Source: Candidatus Bilamarchaeaceae archaeon
GTDB taxonomy: Archaea > Micrarchaeota > Micrarchaeia > Anstonellales > Bilamarchaeaceae
Direction: 5' to 3'
NCBI GenBank assembly: GCA_038851325.1
Contig: JAWCKZ010000003.1
Coordinates: forward strand, 930-64,929
Length of the DNA stretch: 64,000 nt
This document shows positions 19,141-29,220 of this stretch, piece after piece (position 1 is the stretch's first letter; every line of letters begins with the position of its first letter). The notes under the pieces were generated by a model. It was given only the letters and a program-made list of their open reading frames with translations. It made no database searches and was not told the origin of the DNA. The position numbers and the translations under genes were made by a program.

Positions 19141-19593
19141 ATGAAAGCAGAGGAAACATGCGAGATATGCGGTCAACCTGGTTTATTTGCCATTGTAATT
19201 GTCGAAGGTGCACGACTTAGCGTGTGCGCGAGATGCGCAAGAGGTAAGAAAATACTCTATCGTCTCGCTGAAGAAGGAGAAGAGAGCGAACACAGGCCAA
19301 CTGCAAAAACGAGCGAAGAAGAAGAGATTGTAGAAGGATACGGTGAGATAATCAGAAAAGCGCGCGAAAGGATGGGTGTTTCGATAGAAGTTGTTGCTGA
19401 AAGAATAAACGAGAGCGCGAGTTATCTTGAGAGGATAGAAAGAGAAAGCGTGATGCCTACGCTTGTTGTGGCACGAAAACTTGAAAAGGAGCTTGGGATA
19501 AAATTAATCGAGAAAGTTTCTTCTTCGATTGCACCATCATTTCAGAAAACTAGATACGCAGAGCCCACGCTTGGTGATTTTACGGGTGAGTAA
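19141..19593 (+). CDS. mbf1: Archaeal MBF1 (zinc ribbon + HTH)
   Basis: CEICG...VCARC, IRKARE, KLEKELGIKL, TLGD. Confidence 0.88.
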   Translation: MKAEETCEICGQPGLFAIVIVEGARLSVCARCARGKKILYRLAEEGEESEHRPTAKTSEEEEIVEGYGEIIRKARERMGVSIEVVAERINESASYLERIERESVMPTLVVARKLEKELGIKLIEKVSSSIAPSFQKTRYAEPTLGDFTGE

Positions 19594-20634
19594 GTGGGCG
19601 TTGATCTCGGCGAGATTGTTGTGAAAAGAAAAACCAGTCTTGAAGCGCTGAGCGGTAAGGTTATAGCGATAGATGCTTTTAATGTGTTGTACCAGTTCCT
19701 TGCTTCAATACGGCAAGAGGATGGCACTCCGCTCATGGATTATAAGGGAAACATAACTGCTCATCTCTCTGGCTTGTTTTACAGAAGCCTGAAGCTTCTT
19801 GAGAATGGAATAAAACCCGTTTATGTTTTTGATGGCAAACCACCGGAATTGAAAGAAGCCGTTCATCTTGAGCGCGCGAGTGCAAAGGCAGAAGCGCATG
19901 AGAAATGGAAAAAAGCCCTTGAGGAAGAGCGCTTGGAAGAAGCGAAGAGGTATGCAAGCGCAACCTCACGGCTGACGTCAGAAATGGTAGAGGAGTCAAA
20001 AGAACTACTTGATGCTATGGGAATTCCGTGGATCCAAGCACCTGGAGAAGGAGAGGCACAGTCGGCCTGTATGGCGCGGGACGGGCTTGCATACGCCGCA
20101 GCATCGCAGGATTTTGATTCGCTTCTGTTTGGCGCACCGATTCTAATAAGAAACATCTCGATAACAGGTCGAAGGAAGGTGCCGAGGCAGGACAGATATG
20201 TAATGATAGAGCCTGAGGAAATTTCGCTCGAAGAAACGCTCAGCACGCTTGGCATAAACCGTGAACAGTTGATTACGATAGGCATACTAATCGGGACCGA
20301 TTACAACAGAGGGATAAAAGGCGTGGGACCAAAAACGGCACTGAAGATAGTGAGAGAGTATAGCGATTTTAACAGTGCCATCGCGTATGTTGAGAAAAGG
20401 TATAACTACGAGTTTGAAACAGCACCGAGAGAGATACTTGATATTTTTCTCAATCCGCCCTGCGTCAAAATAAAAGAACGACTGACCTGGAAGAGAATCG
20501 ATATAGAAGCAGTGGTAGAGCTCCTTGTCCGTGCGCACGATTTCTCTGAGGAAAGAGTTAGAAAAACTGCTGAGAGCGTGATAAAAAGCCTTGAGGAAAA
20601 AGGAGAACAAAGGAGCCTTGGGCAGTGGCTTTAA
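19594..20634 (+). CDS. fen: Flap endonuclease 1
   Basis: MGV start, IDAFNVLYQFL, EGEAQ, SQDFD, GTDYN, PIP box QRSLGQW. Confidence 0.97.
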   Translation: MGVDLGEIVVKRKTSLEALSGKVIAIDAFNVLYQFLASIRQEDGTPLMDYKGNITAHLSGLFYRSLKLLENGIKPVYVFDGKPPELKEAVHLERASAKAEAHEKWKKALEEERLEEAKRYASATSRLTSEMVEESKELLDAMGIPWIQAPGEGEAQSACMARDGLAYAAASQDFDSLLFGAPILIRNISITGRRKVPRQDRYVMIEPEEISLEETLSTLGINREQLITIGILIGTDYNRGIKGVGPKTALKIVREYSDFNSAIAYVEKRYNYEFETAPREILDIFLNPPCVKIKERLTWKRIDIEAVVELLVRAHDFSEERVRKTAESVIKSLEEKGEQRSLGQWL

Positions 20635-21068
20635 CGGTTTTTTTGCTGTTTCGCATTTATATGTACAGGTATCTCAGGTTTATAATTCAAAATCGAACTG
20701 ACTGTCCTCTCGCGCAAGAGCGTAAAGGTCTCTTTAGCCTCTTTTTTAATCTCATCATCATTGTGCTCTGATTTCATTACCCTTTCAAGCGCTTTGCATA
20801 TTTTCTTATAGTCCTCAAGGAGAGGCTTAAAATCGCGCATTTTTTTCAATCCATCCAGACGAACTGCAGCTGGTTGTTTCCAGTTCACTATTACTGACAG
20901 AGTAGTGTTAAGCTCCTTCCAGGATGGAATTCGAAGTCTTTCCTTAGCGCTGGCATTCCTTCCAAACAGATGGCTTGTTGGCTCTATTTTTTTACTTGTA
21001 TCGGAATCACCCGTAGACAAAAGGAGAGCGCGCTGAGGCTCTCTGTAACTTTTTATCATCGGTATCAT
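20631..21068 (-). CDS. Hypothetical protein, possibly one HEAT-like helical pair
   Basis: 145-aa ORF between fen and purF with an AT-rich upstream region. Confidence 0.55.
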   Translation of the reverse strand: MIPMIKSYREPQRALLLSTGDSDTSKKIEPTSHLFGRNASAKERLRIPSWKELNTTLSVIVNWKQPAAVRLDGLKKMRDFKPLLEDYKKICKALERVMKSEHNDDEIKKEAKETFTLLRERTVSSILNYKPEIPVHINAKQQKNR

Positions 21069-21181
21069 CTCGACTAATCGTATTTTATTTGGTGAATTAA
21101 TTTGGTAATTAACAGGGCAAAAATATATAAACCTATTTTAGTGCGACAAAACGATTTAAAAATAAGTAGAGAAAAGGCATT

Positions 21182-22549
21182 ATGAAAGTGAAAGAAAAGC
21201 ACGAGGAGTGCGGAGTCGTTGGAATATACTCGAAAAAAGGCAAAAATGTTGCTCCTCTTCTTTACAAAGCACTTGTTGCGCTTCAGCATAGAGGACAGGA
21301 CGCAACAGGCATGGCTATCTACCATAATGGAAAAATCACAGAGAGAAAAGGAGTGGGAATTGCTGGGGAGGTATTCAGCGAAAAGGACCTCGCGCTACCG
21401 GGCGCGATAGGAATAGGTCACACGAGATACCCCACTATAGGAGGGTGTTCTGGAAAGAACGCTCAACCAACTGTATACGATGAAATCGCGGTGGCGCACA
21501 ATGGCCATATAGCAAATTACAACGAGATACGCCAAGAGCTAGAAAAGAGCGGATATGTGTTTACCTCAACCGTTGATTCTGAACCGGTGGCGTATTGGTT
21601 GCACAGAGAAAAAGAGCTCGAAAAAGGAGTGCGGAGTGTACTGGAAAACTTTGAGGGCGCGTTCTCTGATGTTGCACTCTATCATGGCGCGCTTCTATGC
21701 TTTCGTGATAAACACGAAATAAGACCGCTGGTATGGGGAGAAAACGAAGAGATAATAGTGATTGCATCAGAAACTGTAGCGCTGGATGTTTGTGGCGCAA
21801 GCTATAAGGGGGATGTACCAGGAGGTGGATTTTTTTTAATAAATAATAATAGAATAGAGAGGGTAAAGATTAGCGAACGCGTGCCACGCCATTGTATGTT
21901 TGAGTATGTTTATTTCTCCAGACCAGATTCAATAATAAATGGAAAGAGTGTTCATTCTGTTAGACTAGCGCTGGGCAGCGAACTTGCGCGGGAAGCGCCA
22001 GCGCGCGCCGACGTCGTCATTCCAGTACCAGACACTTCCAGAACAGCAGCCATGGCTTACGCAAAAAGCCTTGGGCTGACATACGATGAAGGCCTTATAA
22101 AGAACAGGTACATAGCAAGGACTTTTATTATGCCAACTCAGAAAAAGCGGACGGAGGCCGTTCAGTTAAAACTTAATCCGTTGCGAGAGGTAATAGCGCA
22201 TAAACGAGTTGTACTCATAGATGACAGTATTGTTCGTGGGACAACGGCGCGCGAGATTGTTCAAATTATAAGAAGCGCGGGCGCAAAAGAAGTCCATGTT
22301 CGGATAACCAGCCCTCCAATAATATCGCCGTGCTTTTACGGCGTGGATATCCCGACATACAAGGAATTGATAGCGTCCTCAAAAAATGTCGATGAGATAG
22401 CAAGGTTTGTCGGTGCGGATAGCCTTGCGTATCTCTCAATTGATGGTTTAAGAAAGGCGATAGGACTACCGATATGCGAAGGGTGCATAACTGGCAAATA
22501 TCATACTACTTTTGTGCAAAAACTAGCAGAGCAAAGAAGGTCTGGGTGA
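21182..22549 (+). CDS. purF: Amidophosphoribosyltransferase (propeptide, Fe-S type)
   Basis: EECGVVG, LQHRGQD, GHTRY, CMFEYVYF, DDSIVRGTT, PCFYG, CEGC. Confidence 0.96.
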   Translation: MKVKEKHEECGVVGIYSKKGKNVAPLLYKALVALQHRGQDATGMAIYHNGKITERKGVGIAGEVFSEKDLALPGAIGIGHTRYPTIGGCSGKNAQPTVYDEIAVAHNGHIANYNEIRQELEKSGYVFTSTVDSEPVAYWLHREKELEKGVRSVLENFEGAFSDVALYHGALLCFRDKHEIRPLVWGENEEIIVIASETVALDVCGASYKGDVPGGGFFLINNNRIERVKISERVPRHCMFEYVYFSRPDSIINGKSVHSVRLALGSELAREAPARADVVIPVPDTSRTAAMAYAKSLGLTYDEGLIKNRYIARTFIMPTQKKRTEAVQLKLNPLREVIAHKRVVLIDDSIVRGTTAREIVQIIRSAGAKEVHVRITSPPIISPCFYGVDIPTYKELIASSKNVDEIARFVGADSLAYLSIDGLRKAIGLPICEGCITGKYHTTFVQKLAEQRRSG

Positions 22550-22550
22550 T

Positions 22551-23102
22551 ATGATAACGTTTGCAATCATCTTGCTTTGCATCCTAACCTTTCTGTTTCA
22601 AGATTTGTGGTTTTTAAAGAATTTTGCGCTCGTTTCTGGTGCGTTATCTACAGAACCGTGGAGGGCGCTTACAAGCATGTTTCTCCATGCTGATGCTTCT
22701 CATCTCTTATTCAATATGCTTGCGCTGTCTATGTTTGGGACATATTTGGAAGGAAAGGTTGGTAGCAAATGGTTTGTTTTAATATACTTGGTATCAGGCA
22801 TTACTGGAGCGATTGGGTTCGAATTGCTCAATCCGCCGGGCGAGTATGCTGTTGGCGCATCTGGCGCGATATATGGGGTAATTGGGGCGCTCGCGATTTT
22901 AGCGCCACGGCTTACTGTATATGTCTATTTTGTTCCGCTTCCTATATGGGCAGCGAGTATATTGTACGCCTTCATAGAACTTGTTGGATTAGGCCGACTG
23001 GATAACATAGCGCATTCCGCGCACCTTCTTGGATTGGTAGGAGGGTTTATAACCGCAAAATTATATAGTTATTATACCGTAGGGGATAGAGAATGGTTGT
23101 AG
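22551..23102 (+). CDS. Rhomboid intramembrane serine protease
   Basis: PWR..TSMFLH, HLLFNM, GASGA, AHSAHLLG. Confidence 0.92.
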   Translation: MITFAIILLCILTFLFQDLWFLKNFALVSGALSTEPWRALTSMFLHADASHLLFNMLALSMFGTYLEGKVGSKWFVLIYLVSGITGAIGFELLNPPGEYAVGASGAIYGVIGALAILAPRLTVYVYFVPLPIWAASILYAFIELVGLGRLDNIAHSAHLLGLVGGFITAKLYSYYTVGDREWL

Positions 23103-24673
23103 TGGAAATCGATTACGACGACTTCAAGGATATGTTTAGATTGGATAAGGCAAAGGTTGTGTCTGGATTAACTGAAATAGGCGCGCCGACGGAGGTTGAC
23201 GAAGAAACCGGAAAACTTTTTGTAGAGGTTACGCCGAATAGACCTGACTGGTATTCTGTTGTTGGACTCGCAAGAGCGCTTCAAGCGTATTATAAAGAGA
23301 GGGTAAAACGATACAAAGCAGAAAAAAGCAACTACAAGATTGTTGTTGATAAAAAAGTAAGTAAGATAAGGCCGTACACTGTCGGGGCGGTTGTAAAAGG
23401 ACTTGAATTTAATGATGTTAGCATAAGAGACGCTGTTCTTCTCCAGGAAAAGCTGCTTGCCACTCTCGGTAGAAGGGTAAAGCGATTTGGGATAGGTATT
23501 TACCCGCTGGAGAAATTGAAGTTCCCAGTAAGATACACCACCATGAAACCTGAAGAGATAGTGTACAAACCGCTAAACTACCCAAAGGTCGCTGACGCAA
23601 ATGAGATATTGAGAGAGCACCCGAAAGGAATGGAGTACGGACACATCATAAAAAACGCAAAGGAATACCCTGTTTATCTTGATGCTGATGGAAATATAAT
23701 GGCACTTATACCAATCGTAAACTCCGAAGATAGCGGGAGAGTGGATAGGGCGACAAAAGACATCTTTATAGAAGTAACTGGCGTAGATGTTGTTGGGATA
23801 AATCAAGCTCTGAATATTCTTGTTTGCCATTTTGTTGATTTAGGAGGGCGTGCTTATAGTGTCGAAGTTGAGTACGAAGATAGAAAGATACGGAGCCCGG
23901 AGTTGAATTACACAAAGCTAGACATTGATGAAAAAGAGGTCGAACGAGTGCTTGGGGTGAGAATTGAAAAAAACGAAATAAAAAAAGCATTGCTGCGGAT
24001 GGGTTATGCTGTCGAATCAAATTATGTTGCAACGCAGCCTTACAGGGCGGACATTCTGGGCTTCATAGATGTGATAGAGGACATCGCGATAGTTTATGGT
24101 TATAACAACTTTGAACCAACGGTACCTGACTTCTTCTATCCAGGCAAGAAAATTGTAAAATATAGAAAGATAAATGATATAATGCAAAGGATGGGGTTTG
24201 TTGAAATAAGCACGCCAGTTCTAACAAATAAGAATATTTTAGAGGTATTTGGACAAAAAGGGTTGGAGGTCTTAAACCCAAAGACAATAGAGTATACAAC
24301 AATTAGGCCAAGCCTTATTCCATCGGTTATGGAAGTGTTGGTAAAAAATAAAATGAGGGGATTGCCCCAACGGATCTACGAGGTCGGTCGGGCGCTTTGT
24401 GTAAATGAAAAAACAATGCTCTGCTTTGCCTATGTTGATAAGGACGTTGATTTTCCAATTATGCGCGGATACATCCAAACATTGTGTAAGGAGATGGGTT
24501 GGGCTTTTGCGCTTGAGAGTGCACCGATCGAGTTTTTTGAACAACCTTACAGCGCAAATATTGTTCTAAATAAAAAGATAAAAGGAGTAGTTGGCAAAAT
24601 AAACAAAGAAACTATGGCTGCCTTAGACATTCTTTTTCCGACTTATATTTGCCAACTTGAACTCAGCGACTAA
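23093..24673 (+). CDS. pheT: Phenylalanine-tRNA ligase beta subunit
   Basis: EVTPNRPD, RPY, QEKL, YRADIL..DVIEDIAI.YGY, IRPSL. Confidence 0.93.
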   Translation: MVVVEIDYDDFKDMFRLDKAKVVSGLTEIGAPTEVDEETGKLFVEVTPNRPDWYSVVGLARALQAYYKERVKRYKAEKSNYKIVVDKKVSKIRPYTVGAVVKGLEFNDVSIRDAVLLQEKLLATLGRRVKRFGIGIYPLEKLKFPVRYTTMKPEEIVYKPLNYPKVADANEILREHPKGMEYGHIIKNAKEYPVYLDADGNIMALIPIVNSEDSGRVDRATKDIFIEVTGVDVVGINQALNILVCHFVDLGGRAYSVEVEYEDRKIRSPELNYTKLDIDEKEVERVLGVRIEKNEIKKALLRMGYAVESNYVATQPYRADILGFIDVIEDIAIVYGYNNFEPTVPDFFYPGKKIVKYRKINDIMQRMGFVEISTPVLTNKNILEVFGQKGLEVLNPKTIEYTTIRPSLIPSVMEVLVKNKMRGLPQRIYEVGRALCVNEKTMLCFAYVDKDVDFPIMRGYIQTLCKEMGWAFALESAPIEFFEQPYSANIVLNKKIKGVVGKINKETMAALDILFPTYICQLELSD

Positions 24674-24718
24674 CACCCCTTACTTCCAGTATTCCTTCTC
24701 AGATAATAAACAATTTTA

Positions 24719-24979
24719 CTAAAGTTCCTCTATATCATTTGTAAATATTTTGAACACAGTAATCGACGCAGTACCGGCTTTTTGCCTGAAAGCCAGAAAA
24801 AATGAGTCAAATAAAGTCTCGTTCGCATCTGCCACAAGAAGTGTTGATTTTGTTAAATAACGAACACCTTGTGTGTTTAATTTAGTAATTAATGAGTTTA
24901 AAGAATAATAAAAATTCCTTTTTATTTTATTGAATTCTTTTTTTGTTTTAAATTTTAGATCATAAACATAAACTATCAT
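24719..24979 (-). CDS. Small Cas2/VapD-like ferredoxin-fold protein (tentative)
   Basis: MIVYVYDL...FYYSL...G.RYLTKSTLLV; very AT-rich. Confidence 0.45.
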   Translation of the reverse strand: MIVYVYDLKFKTKKEFNKIKRNFYYSLNSLITKLNTQGVRYLTKSTLLVADANETLFDSFFLAFRQKAGTASITVFKIFTNDIEEL

Positions 24980-25065
24980 GTATCTATAGTTACATTTATG
25001 GTTTTTTAACTCTTTCTTTTCGTCGTTTAATACTGGAAGTGCGCCCCCCTCCTTTATCCTATGCG

Positions 25066-26472
25066 CTACAAATCTCTTTTTCCGCTTGCGCGCGTCATAT
25101 TTTCAGAATATTCTATGAATTTTTTCACTGCTTTTACAGCAGAGTTGGGGCTGTTAAAGATCGGCACGCCCTTACTTTCCAATATCTTTCTATAACTCTC
25201 TGTATAAGCACCACCTACACTCACAACAGCGATCGGTTTTCGTTTATCTTCAGCTGCTTTTATCAAAACATTAATTATTTCCTCATTCATCGTGGGTGTT
25301 TGCAAGAGAGCGCAAATGATAATAAAATCAACATCGCTATCATTGTTAAACTCCTCTATCGCTTTGTCATACAATTCAACACTCGCATCAGCAACAAGGT
25401 CCAATGGATTGCTTACGTTGCTATAATTTGGCAGCACTCTCCGTAGGCGTTCTACTGTTTCCTCTTTTAATCGCGCTAGCATTAACCCCTCTTCCTCCAC
25501 AGCGTCTGTTGTGAGAACACCGAGCCCGCCTCCATTAGTTATTATTCCTATCTTTCTGCCTTTCGCCAGCGGTTGACTGAATATCTTCATCAAATCAAAA
25601 AGCTCGTCTAGACTACGCGCTTCCGTAACTCTTGCTTGCCTGAACGCTGCCTGATATGCAAGATAGTTCCCCGCAATATTTCCGGTATGCGAACGAGCAG
25701 CCTCCTGCCCCGCGCGCCCTCTTCCAGCTTTAAGCACGATTATCGGCTTTTTTTTGTTAATCCTTTGCATCGTGTTAAGAAGGCGTCTTCCATCTCGGAC
25801 TGCCTCCAGATAGAGAACAATTAACTTTGTTTTCTCATCCTTTCCGAGATATTCAAGCAGGTCTGTTTCATTTATTACAGTTGCGTTGCCATACGATATG
25901 AATTTAGCGATTCCAATTCCATAATAACTCGCTACGTCTATTATAACAGAACCAACCGCACCGCTTTGCGTTATAAAAGAGACGCTACCAAGTCCAGGTC
26001 GTCCCAGTTTGTACATCGGAAAAAATATGCTATCCATGCGGTTGTACGGATTAAAAACACCAAGACAATTGGGACCTATAATCGGCATGTCGTTCTCTTC
26101 GGCGCTTTTGCGCAACGCAACAGCCAAATCTCGCCTTCCAATCTCCTCAAAACCACCGCTCAGAATAAGAGCTCCGCCAACTCCTTTTCTACCGCATTCC
26201 TCCACGACCTGCGGCACTGCTTCAGCTGGTATTGCTATTATTGCGCAATCCACGCTTTCTTTCACCTCAAGCACAGATCGATAACACCGCAGGCCTAATA
26301 CGTTTTCATACTTTGGGTTAATTGGATAGATTTTTCCCTGATATTTTCCATCGAGAAGATTTCTTAAAATAACATTTCCTATTTTCCCAGGAACTGCCGA
26401 TGCGCCTATGATCGCCACACTCTTTGGTTCAAGTATCTTATTTATTCTGTTTGCCATCTTTCTACTTACCAT
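25066..26472 (-). CDS. acdA: ADP-forming acyl/acetyl-CoA synthetase alpha subunit
   Basis: PKSVAIIGAS, GPNCLG, TQSGA, SHTG (phospho-His), TNGGG, NPLDL. Confidence 0.93.
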   Translation of the reverse strand: MVSRKMANRINKILEPKSVAIIGASAVPGKIGNVILRNLLDGKYQGKIYPINPKYENVLGLRCYRSVLEVKESVDCAIIAIPAEAVPQVVEECGRKGVGGALILSGGFEEIGRRDLAVALRKSAEENDMPIIGPNCLGVFNPYNRMDSIFFPMYKLGRPGLGSVSFITQSGAVGSVIIDVASYYGIGIAKFISYGNATVINETDLLEYLGKDEKTKLIVLYLEAVRDGRRLLNTMQRINKKKPIIVLKAGRGRAGQEAARSHTGNIAGNYLAYQAAFRQARVTEARSLDELFDLMKIFSQPLAKGRKIGIITNGGGLGVLTTDAVEEEGLMLARLKEETVERLRRVLPNYSNVSNPLDLVADASVELYDKAIEEFNNDSDVDFIIICALLQTPTMNEEIINVLIKAAEDKRKPIAVVSVGGAYTESYRKILESKGVPIFNSPNSAVKAVKKFIEYSENMTRASGKRDL

Positions 26473-27095
26473 TATTTCACCATTCTCGCATCAACAATAT
26501 CGCAACCATCGCTATCAAATATTACTGGATTCAAATCAAGCTCGGTTATGTCCTCTTTTGTTATGAACCGGCACGTTTCTATTATAAGCTTCTCAAGAGC
26601 GGCTTGATTTATTGGTTTTTGTCCGCGCGCACCAGTTATTAGTGGATGCGCTTTCAGCTCTGTGATCATCTCAGCAACATCCTCTTTTTTTACAGGGCAG
26701 ATACGCGCTGTTACATCTCTGAAAATCTCGACGTAAACACCGCCCAACCCTAGGATAACCATATGTCCAAATTGCGGGTCCTTTTTACCGCCTATGATAA
26801 GCTCGATTCCCTTCCGTGCCATTTTTTGCACAAGCACGCCATCCACCTTTTTTTCACCAGCACTTGCGAGCACTTCAGCATAAGCGTGCCCGAGCACCTC
26901 ATCATTTTTTATTCCAAGTTTAACACCACCAACATCTGTTTTGTGGCTTATCTCAGGTGATACTATCTTTAATGCAACAGGATAACCTATCCTCCGCGCC
27001 AGGCGTAGCGCTTCCTTCTCGCTTTTCGCAAGACCATATGGAAGAAGCCTGAAGCCATGTTTCTCAAGGAGCCTAAAGTCATCAATCAGCGTCAT
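26472..27095 (-). CDS. acdB: ADP-forming acyl/acetyl-CoA synthetase beta subunit
   Basis: GYPVALK..SHKTDVGGV, DPQFG, ELDLNP, VDARM. Confidence 0.93.
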   Translation of the reverse strand: MTLIDDFRLLEKHGFRLLPYGLAKSEKEALRLARRIGYPVALKIVSPEISHKTDVGGVKLGIKNDEVLGHAYAEVLASAGEKKVDGVLVQKMARKGIELIIGGKKDPQFGHMVILGLGGVYVEIFRDVTARICPVKKEDVAEMITELKAHPLITGARGQKPINQAALEKLIIETCRFITKEDITELDLNPVIFDSDGCDIVDARMVK

Positions 27096-27149
27096 GCTCT
27101 TCTTTCTTGTAGCAGTTTAATAAATATTTTTGTGCATTTCTTCAATGCT

Positions 27150-27242
27150 GGGCTCATAGCTCAATGCTTTCCATTCAGCGAGCAGTGGTAGAGTGCCCGC
27201 TTGGCGTGCGGGAGGCTGGGGGTTCAAATCCCCCTGAGTCCA
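27150..27242 (+). tRNA. tRNA-Ala(GGC) with 21-nt intron at 15/16 (27165-27185)
   Basis: GGGCTCA/TGAGTCC acceptor with G3:U70, CCCGC-TTGGCGT-GCGGG anticodon arm, GGGGG-TTCAAAT-CCCCC T arm. Confidence 0.92.
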
Positions 27243-27252
27243 TGGGAGATTT

Positions 27253-27771
27253 ATGGATTTTTATTCTGTGGTTAAGCAGCGCCGTTCTGTGCGCGCATTC
27301 TTAGAACAGGACATAGAAAAGGAGAAGCTGGATCGAGTGATAGGCGCATTTATGCTGGCGCCCTCAGCAGGCAATCTTCAGGCATACAAGGTTTACATCG
27401 TTAAAAACCCCGCTCTCAAACAAGAGCTTGCAGAGGCAGCGCTTGGTCAAGAATGCATCTCTGGTGCACCGCTAGTGCTTGTTTTCTGCGCAGACAAAAA
27501 ACGCTCTGCTATGAAATACAGTGAACGCGGCTTTGAGCTTTACTCTGTTCAGGACGCGACAATAGCTGCGGCTTACGCTCAACTTGCTGCTGCGGCAGAG
27601 GGTTTAGGCTCGGTCTGGGTCGGTGCATTTGACCCACTTGAGGTTTCAAGACTGATTAATGCAGACCCGTATGTTGTACCAGTCGCTATTATCCCTATCG
27701 GCTATCCAGCTGAGCACCCCTTCATGAGGGAAAGGAGAAGCGTAAAAGAGATAGTAAAAGAGATCAAGTAG
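27253..27771 (+). CDS. Nitroreductase family protein
   Basis: RRSVRAF, APSAGNLQ, GLGSVWVGAF, IPIGYP. Confidence 0.92.
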   Translation: MDFYSVVKQRRSVRAFLEQDIEKEKLDRVIGAFMLAPSAGNLQAYKVYIVKNPALKQELAEAALGQECISGAPLVLVFCADKKRSAMKYSERGFELYSVQDATIAAAYAQLAAAAEGLGSVWVGAFDPLEVSRLINADPYVVPVAIIPIGYPAEHPFMRERRSVKEIVKEIK

Positions 27772-28714
27772 CCGGTTTCGCCTTCAATTTCTCCAGCATA
27801 TCCTTTGTCATCTTCGCCAGATCGTATTCGTGTGTCCAGCCCCAATCCTTCCTTGCTTGCGAGTCGTCGATGGACTTTGGCCAGGAGTCTGCAATTGCCT
27901 GCCTAAAATCCGGCTTGTAAGTGCAAGTAAATTCAGGAATGTGTTTCCTTATTTCTTCAGCTATCTCTTTCGGAGTGAAGCTTATTGCAGCAAGATTATA
28001 GCTTGTTCTTATCGTTATTTTTGACGCATCAGCTTCCATAAGTTGGATAGTTCCTCTTATCGCATCTGGCATATACATCATGGGCAGCGCGCTATCCTCA
28101 CGGAGATAGCATTCATATTTTTTATCTTTTAGCGCAGCATGGAATATCGCAACTGCATAATCAGTTGTACCGCCGCCAGGTGGCGCCTTATAGCTTATCA
28201 GGCCTGGATAGCGCACGCTTCTAACATCAACTCCCCATTTCCTGAAATAATAATTGCACAGTAGTTCACCAGTAACTTTCGTAACGCCATACATCGTTCC
28301 CGGCTCAAGAATCGTTCTCTGCGGCGTTCGCTCTCTTGGTGTAGTTGGGCCAAAGGCAGCTATCGAGCTCGGCCAGAAAACCCGCTCAAGTTTCTGATCT
28401 CGTGCGATATCAAGAACATTCTTCAGCGTTCCGATGTTCACATGCCATGCAAGTTCTGGATTTTGTTCTCCCTTCGCAGAGAGAATCGAAGCAAGGTGGT
28501 ATATGGTGTCGATGCCATACTTCTTCACAACTCCGAGCAGTGCTTCCTTATCGTTCGCATCAGCAAATTCCACAGGCCCCTCGCTAAGCTCTGCGCTCGG
28601 CTTTGCGGTGTGCGCCATGGCCACGACATTATTTTTACCATACCTTTTTCGCAACTCAGGCACAAGGTCAGAACCTATCTGCCCTGTTGCGCCAATAACT
28701 AAAATGCTTTTCAT
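27764..28714 (-). CDS. L-threonine 3-dehydrogenase (SDR type)
   Basis: IGATGQIG, HLASILSAKGE, PSSIAAFG, YGVTK, PGGGTTDYA, RQAIADSWP. Confidence 0.88.
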   Translation of the reverse strand: MKSILVIGATGQIGSDLVPELRKRYGKNNVVAMAHTAKPSAELSEGPVEFADANDKEALLGVVKKYGIDTIYHLASILSAKGEQNPELAWHVNIGTLKNVLDIARDQKLERVFWPSSIAAFGPTTPRERTPQRTILEPGTMYGVTKVTGELLCNYYFRKWGVDVRSVRYPGLISYKAPPGGGTTDYAVAIFHAALKDKKYECYLREDSALPMMYMPDAIRGTIQLMEADASKITIRTSYNLAAISFTPKEIAEEIRKHIPEFTCTYKPDFRQAIADSWPKSIDDSQARKDWGWTHEYDLAKMTKDMLEKLKAKPAT

Positions 28715-28855
28715 TTGTTCACCTCTCGCCGAAGATAACTCGCCCATTTGTTTTTAAATAATTGTCTCGCTTCTACGGTGATCGACGAAGAAGAAGAAAA
28801 AAAGCCATGCTGAACATAAGCCAGCAAAGAATTTCCAATCCCGCGCTATAGAATT

Positions 28856-29155
28856 TCACTCCTTTGCTCCGTACTTCTTCAGCATTTCAACAGTTTCAGT
28901 ATTCCCCCGATAGGCAGCCCACATCAATGCCGTCGTTCCATATTCATTCTTCGCGTTCACATTCACTCCCTTTGTAAGCAGCTCTTCCACCTCTTTTGTG
29001 TTTCCTTCTTTAGCCGCTTCAAGAAGTTGGGTGTTTAAGGCCTTCTGTTGTTCTTCTGTAAGCTTTGGTTTAGCTGCCGGTTCTACGAGCGGCCCTTTCA
29101 GTCTTGGACCTTTCTTCTCACATCCTTCGCGGGCCTTTTCCATTGTTTTTTGCAA
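28856..29155 (-). CDS. Small ankyrin-repeat protein
   Basis: LLEAAKEGN...LLTKGVNVNAKNEYGTTALMWAAYRGNTETVEMLKKYGA. Confidence 0.85.
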   Translation of the reverse strand: MQKTMEKAREGCEKKGPRLKGPLVEPAAKPKLTEEQQKALNTQLLEAAKEGNTKEVEELLTKGVNVNAKNEYGTTALMWAAYRGNTETVEMLKKYGAKE

Positions 29156-29220
29156 TTTGAGGTGGTAAATTACTATGTTTATGTTATCGTCGGGATCTGG
29201 TAAAGTTCACCTGTGCTATT

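Noticed and set aside
24674-25066. CRISPR array near the Cas2-like gene
   Set aside because: No repeat-spacer pattern here or elsewhere in the window, and no cas1
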